A stretch of DNA of 63,865 nucleotides, the filler included, from an uncultured Thermoplasmatales archaeon (GTDB lineage Archaea; Thermoplasmatota; E2; DHVEG-1): the NCBI GenBank assembly GCA_964517155.1. It is 5 parts of 5 records of this genome, joined end to end, with 100 filler letters (N's around TTAATTAATTAA, not from the genome) between each part and the next. Parts side by side here need not be neighbours in the genome. Positions count along the whole stretch, not along the records: positions 29,697 to 56,295 come from CAZFAZ010000003.1; 4 more parts are not named here. One strand, given 5' to 3'. Both the position numbers and the translations under genes were made by a program. The notes below the pieces were generated by a model that was given only the letters and a program-made list of their open reading frames with translations, made no database searches and was not told the origin of the DNA. Each line of letters starts with the position of its first letter. Position 1 is the first letter of the stretch. Shown one piece after another: positions 39,508-49,361 of the stretch.

Positions 39508-39708
39508 TTATTTTTCTCCTTCCTCCTGCATGATAGTAAGAATCTTTGCAATATTCATCCTAAGTTGGCGTATCTTGCCGGGCGATGGAGGCGAACCCCC
39601 CATTGCAGCAACTCCTCTTTCATGCATAAGTTCATTTTTCAATTCATTGAGCTTTTCATGCCTTTCTTCAGGTTTGAGTTCTCTTAGTTCTTTAGCCTTA
39701 AGTTTCAT
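39508..39708 (-). CDS. rpl29: 50S ribosomal protein uL29
   Basis: LKAKELRE...PGKIRQLRMNIAKILT. Confidence 0.95.
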   Translation of the reverse strand: MKLKAKELRELKPEERHEKLNELKNELMHERGVAAMGGSPPSPGKIRQLRMNIAKILTIMQEEGEK

Positions 39709-39710
39709 TT

Positions 39711-40562
39711 TTATGCAACCTCTTCAAGAATTTTTCTAAGGCCTTTAACTATGTTTTCAGCAGTTTTTCCACCTATTCCTTCAATAGATGCAAGATCGTC
39801 TACATCCATTTCAAATAGTTCTTCTAATGATTTAATACCTGCTTTTTCAAACTTTTTAACAACAGACGGCCCTATACCTTGTATTTCTATAAGGTTTTTA
39901 AGCGGAGTAACTTTCTTTTCAACTGGTTTTTGTTCTTTTTTCTCGTCTTTTGTTTCTTCTTTTTCAGCTTTTTTTAAATTTATTTCATCAGGTAATTTTG
40001 CATCAGATCTCATAATACGAACTTTAACACCAATTACCCCTGGTTTTAATTTTGCAACAGCATAGCCTGTATCCATTACTTGACGAGCGGTTTCACCACA
40101 ATATTTAACATGACCTTCTGTAAATTTTTCAGTTCTGTGACGTGCACCAGTAAGTTTACCTGCGATAATCACCTGAACACCTTTTGCGCCTGCATCCATT
40201 ATTCTGCGGACTGTAGAATGACCTGCTCTTCTAAAATGCCAACCACGTTCAAGAGCCTCTGCAAGTTTTTCTGCCATTATTTGTGCATTAATGTTTGCTC
40301 TGCCGCCTGCTTCTTCGATTTCAATTTGTGGATTATCAACTTTAAAGTTTTCTTTTATTGCTTCTGTTAACTCTTTGATTTTATGACCGCCTTTACCGAT
40401 TACCATACCTGGGCGTTCGACCAGTATATTTATTCTAGTTCCCATAGGTGTACGCTGGATAGTCATGCCGCCAAAACCGGCACCTTCTATTTTTTTGACT
40501 AGGAATTCTTTTATTAGTATTCTATTTGTATTTTCTCTTATGAAATTTCGTTCTCCTGACAT
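39711..40562 (-). CDS. rps3: 30S ribosomal protein uS3 with C-terminal (HhH)2 domain
   Basis: KH motif RPGMVIGKGG and GVIGVKVRI core; tail IQGIGPSVVKK...IEGIGGKTAENI. Confidence 0.97.
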   Translation of the reverse strand: MSGERNFIRENTNRILIKEFLVKKIEGAGFGGMTIQRTPMGTRINILVERPGMVIGKGGHKIKELTEAIKENFKVDNPQIEIEEAGGRANINAQIMAEKLAEALERGWHFRRAGHSTVRRIMDAGAKGVQVIIAGKLTGARHRTEKFTEGHVKYCGETARQVMDTGYAVAKLKPGVIGVKVRIMRSDAKLPDEINLKKAEKEETKDEKKEQKPVEKKVTPLKNLIEIQGIGPSVVKKFEKAGIKSLEELFEMDVDDLASIEGIGGKTAENIVKGLRKILEEVA

Positions 40563-41005
40563 TAGTCTACCTCTTCAAGTATTATTTCAATATTTGTTGT
40601 TCTAGTATTTTTATCAGTGGCTCTTCCATGAGCACGAGGCATAATGCCTTTTATTACACGTCCACCGTATGCAGAAGCATGTGTTATTTTCATCTCTTCA
40701 GGATTAAAGCCTTTGTATTCAGCATTGTTTTCAGCGTTTTCTAGTATTTTAAGCATATATTTTGCTGCTTTTTGTGGAAAACTTCCAGGGCCTATCCCTT
40801 TTTGATGCGAACGTTTTCCATTGTGAAATATTGCAGGTAAAGGTCTTTTCATATCGATTATATCTTGCAAGTATTTTTTTGCTTGTTCTGTTTTCATACC
40901 GCGTATTGCATATGCAAGATTAATTGAGTCTTTTCTACTGCAGTGTAATTCATAACCATATGCTTTTGCGGCTTTATCTTGATCTAAATCTGTTGAATAT
41001 CTCAT
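40562..41005 (-). CDS. rpl22: 50S ribosomal protein uL22
   Basis: NAENNAEYKG and PRAHGRA motifs. Confidence 0.97.
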   Translation of the reverse strand: MRYSTDLDQDKAAKAYGYELHCSRKDSINLAYAIRGMKTEQAKKYLQDIIDMKRPLPAIFHNGKRSHQKGIGPGSFPQKAAKYMLKILENAENNAEYKGFNPEEMKITHASAYGGRVIKGIMPRAHGRATDKNTRTTNIEIILEEVD

Positions 41006-41011
41006 ATTTCA

Positions 41012-41470
41012 TCACTTCAATGGCATAAATTTAGATGACCTTGTTGCTCCAACACCAGGTCCTGTGTGTTTTACTTTCTGGCGAGTAAGTGCAAATTCTC
41101 CAAGATAGTGCCCGATCATTTGTGGTTCTATTGTTACACGTTGGAATTCTTTACCATTGTAAATATTAATAGTATGTCCTACAAAACTTGGAAGTATAAC
41201 CATATCTCGGCAATGGGTTTTAATCGAGTCTCCTTCATTTGCTTTTTCAACATCATTTAAAAGTTTGTTTTGTATGGTTGTAAGCCCACGTTTAAGTGTT
41301 CTGCGAGTACGAGATGGAAGCAAAGGCATTACTTCTTCGATTGAAAGTTTTTTAAGTTCTTCAAGGCTGTATCCCTGAAAGCTGAATTCTTTCTTTTTAA
41401 ATTCGATTTTTTTTCTGCTAGCTTTCCTTCTGCTTCTTGCAGATGATTTAAATCCTTTTTTAGTAGCCAT
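41012..41470 (-). CDS. rps19: 30S ribosomal protein uS19
   Basis: THCRDMVILP, MIGHYLGEF and GATRSSKF motifs. Confidence 0.98.
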   Translation of the reverse strand: MATKKGFKSSARSRRKASRKKIEFKKKEFSFQGYSLEELKKLSIEEVMPLLPSRTRRTLKRGLTTIQNKLLNDVEKANEGDSIKTHCRDMVILPSFVGHTINIYNGKEFQRVTIEPQMIGHYLGEFALTRQKVKHTGPGVGATRSSKFMPLK

Positions 41471-41475
41471 TTTAT

Positions 41476-42186
41476 TTACTTCCTCCCAGTACGTTTTGCA
41501 GCTATATTGCCGACTTTTCTACCTGGTGAAGCTCCACGTTTTATAGTTGATGGTCCTCCAACATGTTGGTGTCCACCACCACCGTGAGGGTGATTTACAG
41601 CAGACATTGCAACACCTCGAACAACAGGATATTGCCTACCTCTTACTCTTCTAGCAATACTTTTCTTTCCTGCTTTAAGATATGGTTTGTCTTTACGTCC
41701 GCCTCCGGCTACAACACCAATTGTTGCTTTGCAACCAGAGTCAAGTCTTTTAAAAGCACCAGACGGTAATTGTATAACTGTTATGTTTTTTTCATGGGAT
41801 ACGACTGTTGCAGTACTTCCTCCAGCTCGAACTAGTTTGCCGCCATCACCTGGTTTAAGTTCAATGTTAAATATAGGGGCTCCTTCTTGGATTTTGCCAA
41901 TAGATAAAATATTTCCAACTGCGATATCATTTTTTTTATCAGTGAATTTTATTTTGTCGCCTGTTTTTATTCCTTCAGGAGCAATAATTGTAATCTTTTT
42001 ATTATCGATTGTTTTTATATCTGCAAGAGGTGCCGTTCTACCAGGATCATGTATTATATCAGTTACTGTTCCTTCTGTTAAATTTGTTTTATAATCATAT
42101 TTTATTTCTCCTTTAAATCTATGTGATGGAGAATTAAATTTAGTATGAATTTTTCCTCTTCTCTGCTGTATAAGTCTCTTACCCAT
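41476..42186 (-). CDS. rpl2: 50S ribosomal protein uL2
   Basis: HDPGRTAP and VRGVAMSAVNHPHGGG motifs. Confidence 0.98.
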   Translation of the reverse strand: MGKRLIQQRRGKIHTKFNSPSHRFKGEIKYDYKTNLTEGTVTDIIHDPGRTAPLADIKTIDNKKITIIAPEGIKTGDKIKFTDKKNDIAVGNILSIGKIQEGAPIFNIELKPGDGGKLVRAGGSTATVVSHEKNITVIQLPSGAFKRLDSGCKATIGVVAGGGRKDKPYLKAGKKSIARRVRGRQYPVVRGVAMSAVNHPHGGGGHQHVGGPSTIKRGASPGRKVGNIAAKRTGRK

Positions 42187-42197
42187 ATTTTTTCCCT

Positions 42198-42455
42198 CTA
42201 GAATATACCTATTCTCATTCCAATATCTTCGGCTTTGAACTCTGGCATAAAAATCACAACTGCGTGTTTACCATGTTTTGTAATCCTTGTTTTAACATCT
42301 TTGACTTTTGCTTCAAAGAGTTTTTCAACAGCATCTTTTATTTGTTTTTTTGAAGAAGTTCTTTTAACAACAAATTCTAAAGCGTTATTTTTATCCATAA
42401 AATTCATTGTTTTTTCTGTTACGTAAGGGTGAAACACTATATCATATGGATCCAT
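42198..42455 (-). CDS. rpl23: 50S ribosomal protein uL23
   Basis: PYVTEK and KKQIKDAVEKLF motifs. Confidence 0.96.
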   Translation of the reverse strand: MDPYDIVFHPYVTEKTMNFMDKNNALEFVVKRTSSKKQIKDAVEKLFEAKVKDVKTRITKHGKHAVVIFMPEFKAEDIGMRIGIF

Positions 42456-43217
42456 TTAATTAGCACCACCTAATTCTTTAATTGCTGATTGTGTAAAAAT
42501 AGTTAAACGACCTGCGTCTCCGCCAGGTGCGAGATGTTCTATGTTTATATCTTTTGGTTTTACTATGTCTACCCCTAATAGATTTTTTGCACTGCGGCCT
42601 ATTTCATCTTTTGTTGAAACAATAAGTATTGATTTTGGAGTGCGGTATTTTCTACCACGCATTTTTCCTTTTCCTGCACGTATGTGTCTACCGTTTGTTG
42701 CTCTTAACACGTCGTCATATATCCCTATTTTTTCAAATGCTTGAATTACATCTTTGGTTTTGTTAATTTTTTCAAATTTATCATCAATTATTACAGGTAG
42801 TGTTATTTTATCGTTGAATTTGTGACCACGTTTTGAAACGATTTCTTTATCTGATGTTGCGGCTAGTGCTGAGTTTTTTGCCATTTGTTTCTCTTTTTTG
42901 TTTATCTTTTCGCTCCAGTCTCTTTCTTGCTTTGGTGGATGTGCACGACGTCCTCCAACTACACATGGTGCGAGAGCTGCACGGTTACCTTGTGTTAACC
43001 TAGGGACACGACTTGAACCTCGTCCTTTTCCAACTGATGCAGTTGCATGTTTGCAACCTGCCATTTTATCGGCACCATAGGGTTGTCTTTTATTTGAACG
43101 AAGTACATTAAAGGATTTTCTTATTAAATCTGGTCTGAATGGTGTGTTAAAGTTTTTAGGTAACTCTATTTGCTCTTTTGAATTTCCATTCAAATCATAA
43201 ACATTAACCTTTGTCAT
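42456..43217 (-). CDS. rpl4: 50S ribosomal protein uL4
   Basis: RPDLI, GGRRAHPP, IRAGKGKMRGR and LAPGG motifs. Confidence 0.98.
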   Translation of the reverse strand: MTKVNVYDLNGNSKEQIELPKNFNTPFRPDLIRKSFNVLRSNKRQPYGADKMAGCKHATASVGKGRGSSRVPRLTQGNRAALAPCVVGGRRAHPPKQERDWSEKINKKEKQMAKNSALAATSDKEIVSKRGHKFNDKITLPVIIDDKFEKINKTKDVIQAFEKIGIYDDVLRATNGRHIRAGKGKMRGRKYRTPKSILIVSTKDEIGRSAKNLLGVDIVKPKDINIEHLAPGGDAGRLTIFTQSAIKELGGAN

Positions 43218-43222
43218 TTATT

Positions 43223-44215
43223 TTACGCTCCTTGTTTACTTGTAGTTGATATGTAGGTTATTTCTGCTTTTTCGACTTTTACACCACGTTCATAACGTAT
43301 TGCATCACGCATACTGATAAGTCTTTTTGTAGGTCCAGGTATTGAACCATGTAGTAATATGTATGAGTTTTTCACAATGCCGTAATTTTGGAATCCTCCG
43401 GAAGGAGTTATTTCTTCACCGTTCTCGCCTATTTTTAGAACACGTTTATTGTATTCTGTTCTTTGATGGTATCCCATTTGTCCAGCATTTGGAACTGTTG
43501 CTTGTACCCAGTTTGGATGCCATGAACCTTGTGTACCTATCATACGTCTATGTTTACTGTTTTTATGAGATAGAAGTTTTACTCCCCATCTTTTGACATG
43601 TCCTTGAAAACCTTTTCCTTTGGTAACTGCAATTGTATCAATCATGTCTCCTTCTCGTAGAGTCTCATTGATTTTTACTTCTTTTCCAAGGATTTCTTTT
43701 GCGTATTTAATCTGATCTTCTATATTTCCACCAGATATTCTAAATTCTCTTATTTCTGGTGTCTTCTTTGGAATTCCTGTTACTAGTTTTGGTTGAGTAT
43801 AAACTATTACACGAATTTCATCTGAGTCTTTTGTAAAATCCCAGTTTTTCTTTTTATCTTTTTTTGATATGGATATTTTTTTAGTGATTTCAGAATCTAA
43901 TTTTTCAGCCCATAATTCGCCTATTGTTTGAAGGCCATTATAGGTTTTTTTGTATGTTCTTACTGCTGCTATTTTTATTGGTGGAGTTTCAACAACAGAC
44001 ACGGGCATCATTACTTCTTTGCCAGATGTTGTAGATGTTGGTCTGTAGTCTACCACAAAAGCATGCGTCATTCCTGCTTTGTAACCCAAAAATCCTTGTA
44101 TTTTTGGTTTTTCTCCGCCATTTGGCCAACTTTTAATATGTGGAGTTTCCGCTTTTGCTCTTTTTCTTGGCGAATAGCCGTGTGATCCTCTTTTTGGATG
44201 ATGTATATCAGGCAT
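43223..44215 (-). CDS. rpl3: 50S ribosomal protein uL3
   Basis: GYKAGMTH, TKGKGFQG and GQMGYHQRTEYNK motifs. Confidence 0.98.
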   Translation of the reverse strand: MPDIHHPKRGSHGYSPRKRAKAETPHIKSWPNGGEKPKIQGFLGYKAGMTHAFVVDYRPTSTTSGKEVMMPVSVVETPPIKIAAVRTYKKTYNGLQTIGELWAEKLDSEITKKISISKKDKKKNWDFTKDSDEIRVIVYTQPKLVTGIPKKTPEIREFRISGGNIEDQIKYAKEILGKEVKINETLREGDMIDTIAVTKGKGFQGHVKRWGVKLLSHKNSKHRRMIGTQGSWHPNWVQATVPNAGQMGYHQRTEYNKRVLKIGENGEEITPSGGFQNYGIVKNSYILLHGSIPGPTKRLISMRDAIRYERGVKVEKAEITYISTTSKQGA

Positions 44216-44457
44216 AATGTAACCTCTAAACAATTATTTTTTTTATGATTGATTATAGCCTTTTGTTTTCTAAACCGTGACATTTTACAGGAAGCCTAAA
44301 ACAACGTTTTTTTGGCAGCTGTTTATGGGTTTCACATTGGAATTGCCCATATCTATGTCTGGTAAAGATAAGGAAATAAGGCATAATGGATATGCTATAT
44401 AAATCTTATCCTTGATTAATGGAGTGGAGCAAATAGGTGGAATTAGTACTTTTTCAA

Positions 44458-44943
44458 TTAAAAAATGTGAGGGATAATCCGCCATGGTGTTTTTTTCATG
44501 AATTTTTTATAATCTTCTCCGTATTGTTTTATTAAAAGTTTTTCTTCGTCTATAATACTAATTATCATTATTGGTATGGCTATTATTGCAATTAGCAGTG
44601 CTGCAAGTGAGTGAAAGAAGAATGCAAGGCCAAAACCTACTATTAAAAGAGAAGTGTAATGTGGATGTCGTATGTAATTAAATATTCCTCCTGTGACTAA
44701 TTGACCTTGGTAGTTTTTCTCCCAAAAAATCTCCCATTTGAAATATACAAATCCACCTATTAAAAAGACTGTTATTCCGATAATGATGCTGATTAGCATA
44801 TGTATTGGTAAAGCCCAGATATTGTATAATGGTGTTAGAGGTCCTATTAGAATTATGAGAAGAAGAGGGGCATAATGTATGATAAAGAGTGCTCTAAGCT
44901 CTTTTGGTGGTTTGTAATTTCGGAAAAGATGAATTATGCTCAT
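44458..44943 (-). CDS. ICMT/PEMT family membrane methyltransferase
   Basis: LVTGGIFNYIRHPHY and EEKLLIKQYGEDYKKF motifs. Confidence 0.88.
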   Translation of the reverse strand: MSIIHLFRNYKPPKELRALFIIHYAPLLLIILIGPLTPLYNIWALPIHMLISIIIGITVFLIGGFVYFKWEIFWEKNYQGQLVTGGIFNYIRHPHYTSLLIVGFGLAFFFHSLAALLIAIIAIPIMIISIIDEEKLLIKQYGEDYKKFMKKTPWRIIPHIF

Positions 44944-44945
44944 TT

Positions 44946-45698
44946 TTAGACTATCTTTATGCCGCCTGTATCTATTGTCATGGCCTGTGATTTTAGCGTG
45001 TGTTTTGTATTTCTCATTTTCATAATAGAAAGTTTTCGCCTGTCCATCGTGGTATCAAAGCTTAGTGTTATTACTCCATCTGCTAAGAACTCTGATATGC
45101 CGTCTCTAGATAGCATGTTTGATCCAACTGGTAGTTCTGAGGTTACAATTGATGTGCAGTTGCTTGATTCTAGCGCATTCATTATGTATCTTAGGTGAAG
45201 TCTTCTTGTTGGAAGACCTGTTCCTGCAGGAAATTCGTCAGGTGTTTCAATACTTGTATCTGTTCCAAATTCTTCAGGATTTCTCATGAAAATTGGCATT
45301 TCTGAAAGAGGCGTTATTGAGTCAAGTACTATCCTATCATAATTTTTTGAAAGTATTTCGTTTGTCATTGATTCGTATACTAATTTTTTGTTTATATTTA
45401 GATATTCAAATTTAATTAATCCTTGCCCAATTGCAGATTCAAAATTAAATCCTAATTCTTTTGCTTGTATTATTAGTCCTTCTGGTTTTTTGTCAAGTGT
45501 TAAGAAAAGACATTTTTCACCGTTTTGTATCCCTTCCCATAAGAACTGAAAACAGAAGATACTTTTACCGCTTCCAGGAGAGCCAGATACAAGTGTTATT
45601 GAATTTTTTGGGAAGCCTCCTTGGATAAGAGGGTCCAGTCCGTAAACTCCTGTTTTAATTCTTTCTATTTTGCTGATCCCATCCTGTACATTTAGCAT
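44946..45698 (-). CDS. KaiC/RAD55-like RecA-superfamily ATPase with a degenerate catalytic motif
   Basis: TGVYGLD, GSPGSGKS, RIVLDSI and KMR motifs; LTLDKK at the position of the usual EE. Confidence 0.88.
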   Translation of the reverse strand: MLNVQDGISKIERIKTGVYGLDPLIQGGFPKNSITLVSGSPGSGKSIFCFQFLWEGIQNGEKCLFLTLDKKPEGLIIQAKELGFNFESAIGQGLIKFEYLNINKKLVYESMTNEILSKNYDRIVLDSITPLSEMPIFMRNPEEFGTDTSIETPDEFPAGTGLPTRRLHLRYIMNALESSNCTSIVTSELPVGSNMLSRDGISEFLADGVITLSFDTTMDRRKLSIMKMRNTKHTLKSQAMTIDTGGIKIV

Positions 45699-45860
45699 TT
45701 ACAATCCTCGGGAGCGATATATAGTTGCATGTATATTATTTTATCCTTTCTGTTTTTTTAAAATTTATTAAAATGGATATAATTGTATAGAAATATTTAT
45801 ATACTTTGCAAGACAAAATAATTATTGGAAAATAAGGATAAAAATAAGGTGGTCACAAAA

Positions 45861-46085
45861 ATGACAAACAACGTACACATCTGGATTTGGCTCCAAAACG
45901 GAAACCTCATGAAAGCTATCCTAAACTCAGATGAAGGAATTCTTAGGATATTTGATGAAAATGACAACCTAGTGCTTAAAAGAACAGGTCTTAATAAGAT
46001 GCTTGTTAAACAAATCGAGGAATGCATAATAAGATACGGTGCAAAAAGACTAGATGCACATGCAGAACCCTTTAAATTCCTATAA
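45861..46085 (+). CDS. Small hypothetical protein
   Basis: 74-aa ORF with a GGTGG SD and globular composition. Confidence 0.6.
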   Translation: MTNNVHIWIWLQNGNLMKAILNSDEGILRIFDENDNLVLKRTGLNKMLVKQIEECIIRYGAKRLDAHAEPFKFL

Positions 46086-46098
46086 AAAAACAATTTTT

Positions 46099-46893
46099 TT
46101 AATTAATTGATACTGTTTTATTTGGATTAACCTGTATTCCTTTATCAGTAATCTGCATTGCAACAATTTTCTTTTCATGCTGACCATAACGCATCTTTAA
46201 AACTTCTATCGCATTTTCACGAATATTTTGTTTTTGTAGATTATAAAGAACTATTATGCCATCTGCCAAGAACTCTTCAATTCCTGTTTCGCTATAACGA
46301 GTAGGTATAGGATCTGTTTCAGTTATAAGAAAACTTGTAGCTCCAGTTTCCTCAAAAAAACTGAATAATTGCTGAAGATAAACGCGGTAATTTTTATCCT
46401 TTGTAACAGATGCAGCAATTATTGCTGTAAGTGAATCAACTACTATTACTTCTGGATTAAAGTCTTTTGGTATTACAAGTGGTTTTATTTTATAAGATAG
46501 TTCTGTTGCAGAACCAGATCCTCCGATTGATCCAAATTTCATTCTAAGTATATCAAGAGGGTTTACTTTTTGAATTAACAACCTTCCTTCATCTATATGT
46601 TTGTTAATATCCCATCCAAATCCTTGCATACTTTTTATTATTCTTTCATTGCTTTCTTCAAAACTTACATACAGACAGTTTTTATCGTTTGAAACTAAAT
46701 TATAGCATATCTGACGGCAAAAAGTGCTTTTCCCAGTTCCAGGCCCACCAGCAAGCAATATAGAATTACCTTGAGGTATTCCTTTTTCTTTGAATAATTC
46801 ATCAAATCCTTTAATATTTGTTTTTAGTATTTTTTCTTTTTTGTCTTTTACAGGATTAGATTGTTCGTCCATTGCTGGTTCGCTCTCTTGCAT
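46099..46893 (-). CDS. KaiC/RAD55-like ATPase
   Basis: GGPGTGKS, YVSFEE, VVDSL, EEFLADGII and KMR motifs. Confidence 0.92.
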   Translation of the reverse strand: MQESEPAMDEQSNPVKDKKEKILKTNIKGFDELFKEKGIPQGNSILLAGGPGTGKSTFCRQICYNLVSNDKNCLYVSFEESNERIIKSMQGFGWDINKHIDEGRLLIQKVNPLDILRMKFGSIGGSGSATELSYKIKPLVIPKDFNPEVIVVDSLTAIIAASVTKDKNYRVYLQQLFSFFEETGATSFLITETDPIPTRYSETGIEEFLADGIIVLYNLQKQNIRENAIEVLKMRYGQHEKKIVAMQITDKGIQVNPNKTVSIN

Positions 46894-46987
46894 TTTATGT
46901 CAAATTATATTCTTTTAATCTCTTCCTCTAATTTTTATCTATATTATATAATCTGTAAAAAACCTTTCTTATTTTAATTTTATATAT

Positions 46988-47947
46988 TTAATCCTTATTT
47001 GGTATTACGTACCCTGTTCCAACTTGTATATCTATTTCAACTATAGTTAACTCTACGTCAATTGCAATATCACCACCTCGTTCTATTTTTACATAAGTAG
47101 AATTATCTGTTGTAACTTTAATATCTTCTAAATATTCCCATAAAATGCCTGAGTCGTCTCTTACAAGAGATTCATACCAGGCATTTGGGTAATCTGTATA
47201 GATAGATAGATAGTCATCTATCAATTCAACTAGATGTATTTCAAATGAAGTATGAGAAACATAATTAGTTCTGACAAAACAAGTATCTTGACCGCTAATT
47301 ATATCTTTGTTGATGGGGGCGTTAAATACTGGTATAGTATAAAAGATTTTTATGGAGGTGCCTTTGTCTTCTACTTTCATAGGGACATCTACTTTTATTG
47401 TATTTCCCTGCCCCGGTTGCTCAAGGATAATAGCGCCACCCTCTAGTAGATAATTCTGATCAACAAAATAATAGTTTGCCGCATCATATTTAATGGAGGT
47501 TAAAGGAATACCTGTGCCGAGATACTTTTCGAGATATTCAATTGGTAAAGAATCAGGATCCTTCACAATTATTTTTACGCATTGGTCGATGTTATCTTTA
47601 TCAATAATATTTATGATTCCAAATGACCCCTGTGATATAAAATATGGTAGTTCACTACTACCAAGTGTTATTGGTGATGCCATTGGAGAATATGCAATAG
47701 GTGAACCCCCTCCAGCTACACCCATTATCGCTTGAGTTTCTATTACAGATTTAAGATGCGCAACCTGATTTTCAACTGTTTTCATATGTTCTGTTTCTTT
47801 TTGCTCCATTATTACTGGAACATATACAAGTTGTATAGTTGAAAGAATAATTGCTACAAGTGCAACAAGTAGTAATGCTTCTATTACTCCTGCAAGGGCA
47901 TGATTATTTCTAATAAAATGTATACTTTTCATCTCTCCAAATTTCAC
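46988..47947 (-). CDS. Class III signal peptide (pilin-like) protein
   Basis: NNHA/LAGVIEALLLVALVAIILSTIQLVYVP: hydrophobic N-helix followed by ITLG and LEGGAII motifs. Confidence 0.7.
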   Translation of the reverse strand: MKFGEMKSIHFIRNNHALAGVIEALLLVALVAIILSTIQLVYVPVIMEQKETEHMKTVENQVAHLKSVIETQAIMGVAGGGSPIAYSPMASPITLGSSELPYFISQGSFGIINIIDKDNIDQCVKIIVKDPDSLPIEYLEKYLGTGIPLTSIKYDAANYYFVDQNYLLEGGAIILEQPGQGNTIKVDVPMKVEDKGTSIKIFYTIPVFNAPINKDIISGQDTCFVRTNYVSHTSFEIHLVELIDDYLSIYTDYPNAWYESLVRDDSGILWEYLEDIKVTTDNSTYVKIERGGDIAIDVELTIVEIDIQVGTGYVIPNKD

Positions 47948-48095
47948 CCTCTAATTATTTATTATATGTATTCTAGACTTTATATTTTTCTTATTATTTT
48001 GTCAAAACGCAAAAATACTTTTTGTGAATAACTTTAAAGATTGGTATTTGATTTCCTCTCTGAAAATATTTGATGTTTGTGGAGGAATAAAATAT

Positions 48096-49358
48096 ATGGC
48101 TATGACTTTTGCAGAAAAAATACTTGCAAAGTACTCAAATGAAAAAGAAGTAGTTCCAAGTCAGATTGTAACAGTTCATCCTGATTATCTGCTGACTCAT
48201 GATAATACTGCACCTATCATTCAAAAGATTACTCAAGATCTTGAAAAATATGGTGTTTATTCTAAAGATTTGCTGGTTATAGTTCTTGATCATGTAATCC
48301 CTGCTGCTTCTGAAAAAACAGCTAATAATCATAAGATAATTCGTGATTTTGTTAAAAAATATAAAATTAAGCATTTTTTTGATGTTGGCGTTGGTGTTTG
48401 CCATCAGTTAATGGTTGAAAAAGGCCTTGCTCTCCCAGGTATACTTGTATTGGGTAGTGATTCCCATACATGTTCATATGGTGCGGTTGGTGCTTTTTCT
48501 TCAGGTATTGATAGAACTGAGGCAGCATCTTTAATGCTTACAGGTGAAACCTGGCTTAAGGTTCCAAAAAGTATTAAAATGAATCTTTCAGGAAAACTTG
48601 GGAAAGGAATTTACTCTAAGGATTTAGTTTTGCATATAATTGGTGATATTTTAGCAGATGGTACTAATTATTGCTCGGTTGAATATCATGGAGATGTTAG
48701 TCAATTTTCAGTTGATGATCGTTTTGTAATCTGTAATATGGGTGTTGAGATGGGTGCTAAAAATAGTGTTTTTACAGTTGATGATATAACAGATAAATAT
48801 TTGAAAAGTATCGGTGTTTCAAAGTCATCTTATAAACCTGTTTATCCTGATAAAGATGCAAAGTATTCTCAAAGCCTAGATTATGATTTAGGCGATGTTG
48901 TACCAGTTGTTGCCTGTCCACATAGTGTTGATAATGTAAAACCTGTAAGTGATGTTTCAGATGTTAATATTCAGCAGTGTCTGATTGGTACTTGTACCAA
49001 TGGTCGTTTAACTGATTTTGAGGTTGCTACAAAGATTTTGAAAGGTAAAAAAGTTCATCCCGACGTAAGACTATTGATTTTACCTGCGTCAAAGGATATT
49101 TTTGAAAAAGCACTTGAAAAAGGCTTTATTTCTAATCTTGTAAAAGCAGGGGGAGTTGTTCTTCCACCAGGTTGCGGGCCATGTCTTGGTGCTCATCAAG
49201 GTTGTCTTGCCCCTGGCGAAGCATGTGTTAGTACTGCTAATCGTAACTTTAAAGGTAGAATGGGCTGTAAAGAAGCAGATATTTATCTTGCCAGTCCTGC
49301 AACAGTTGCGGCAAGTGCAATTACAGGTAAAATTTCTGATCCACGGGAGGTGTTATAA
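48096..49358 (+). CDS. 3-isopropylmalate dehydratase/homoaconitase large subunit
   Basis: LDH, GVCHQ, DSHT, IGTCTNG, CGPCLG and NRNFKGRMG motifs. Confidence 0.93.
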   Translation: MAMTFAEKILAKYSNEKEVVPSQIVTVHPDYLLTHDNTAPIIQKITQDLEKYGVYSKDLLVIVLDHVIPAASEKTANNHKIIRDFVKKYKIKHFFDVGVGVCHQLMVEKGLALPGILVLGSDSHTCSYGAVGAFSSGIDRTEAASLMLTGETWLKVPKSIKMNLSGKLGKGIYSKDLVLHIIGDILADGTNYCSVEYHGDVSQFSVDDRFVICNMGVEMGAKNSVFTVDDITDKYLKSIGVSKSSYKPVYPDKDAKYSQSLDYDLGDVVPVVACPHSVDNVKPVSDVSDVNIQQCLIGTCTNGRLTDFEVATKILKGKKVHPDVRLLILPASKDIFEKALEKGFISNLVKAGGVVLPPGCGPCLGAHQGCLAPGEACVSTANRNFKGRMGCKEADIYLASPATVAASAITGKISDPREVL

Positions 49359-49361
49359 AAA

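Noticed and set aside
31390..44485. Many plus-strand F/L/S-rich ORFs in the track, including mutually similar ones at 34849 and 37436
   Set aside because: These are antisense shadows of lysine-rich ribosomal genes; their similarity reflects the eL32/uL24 repeat already reported.
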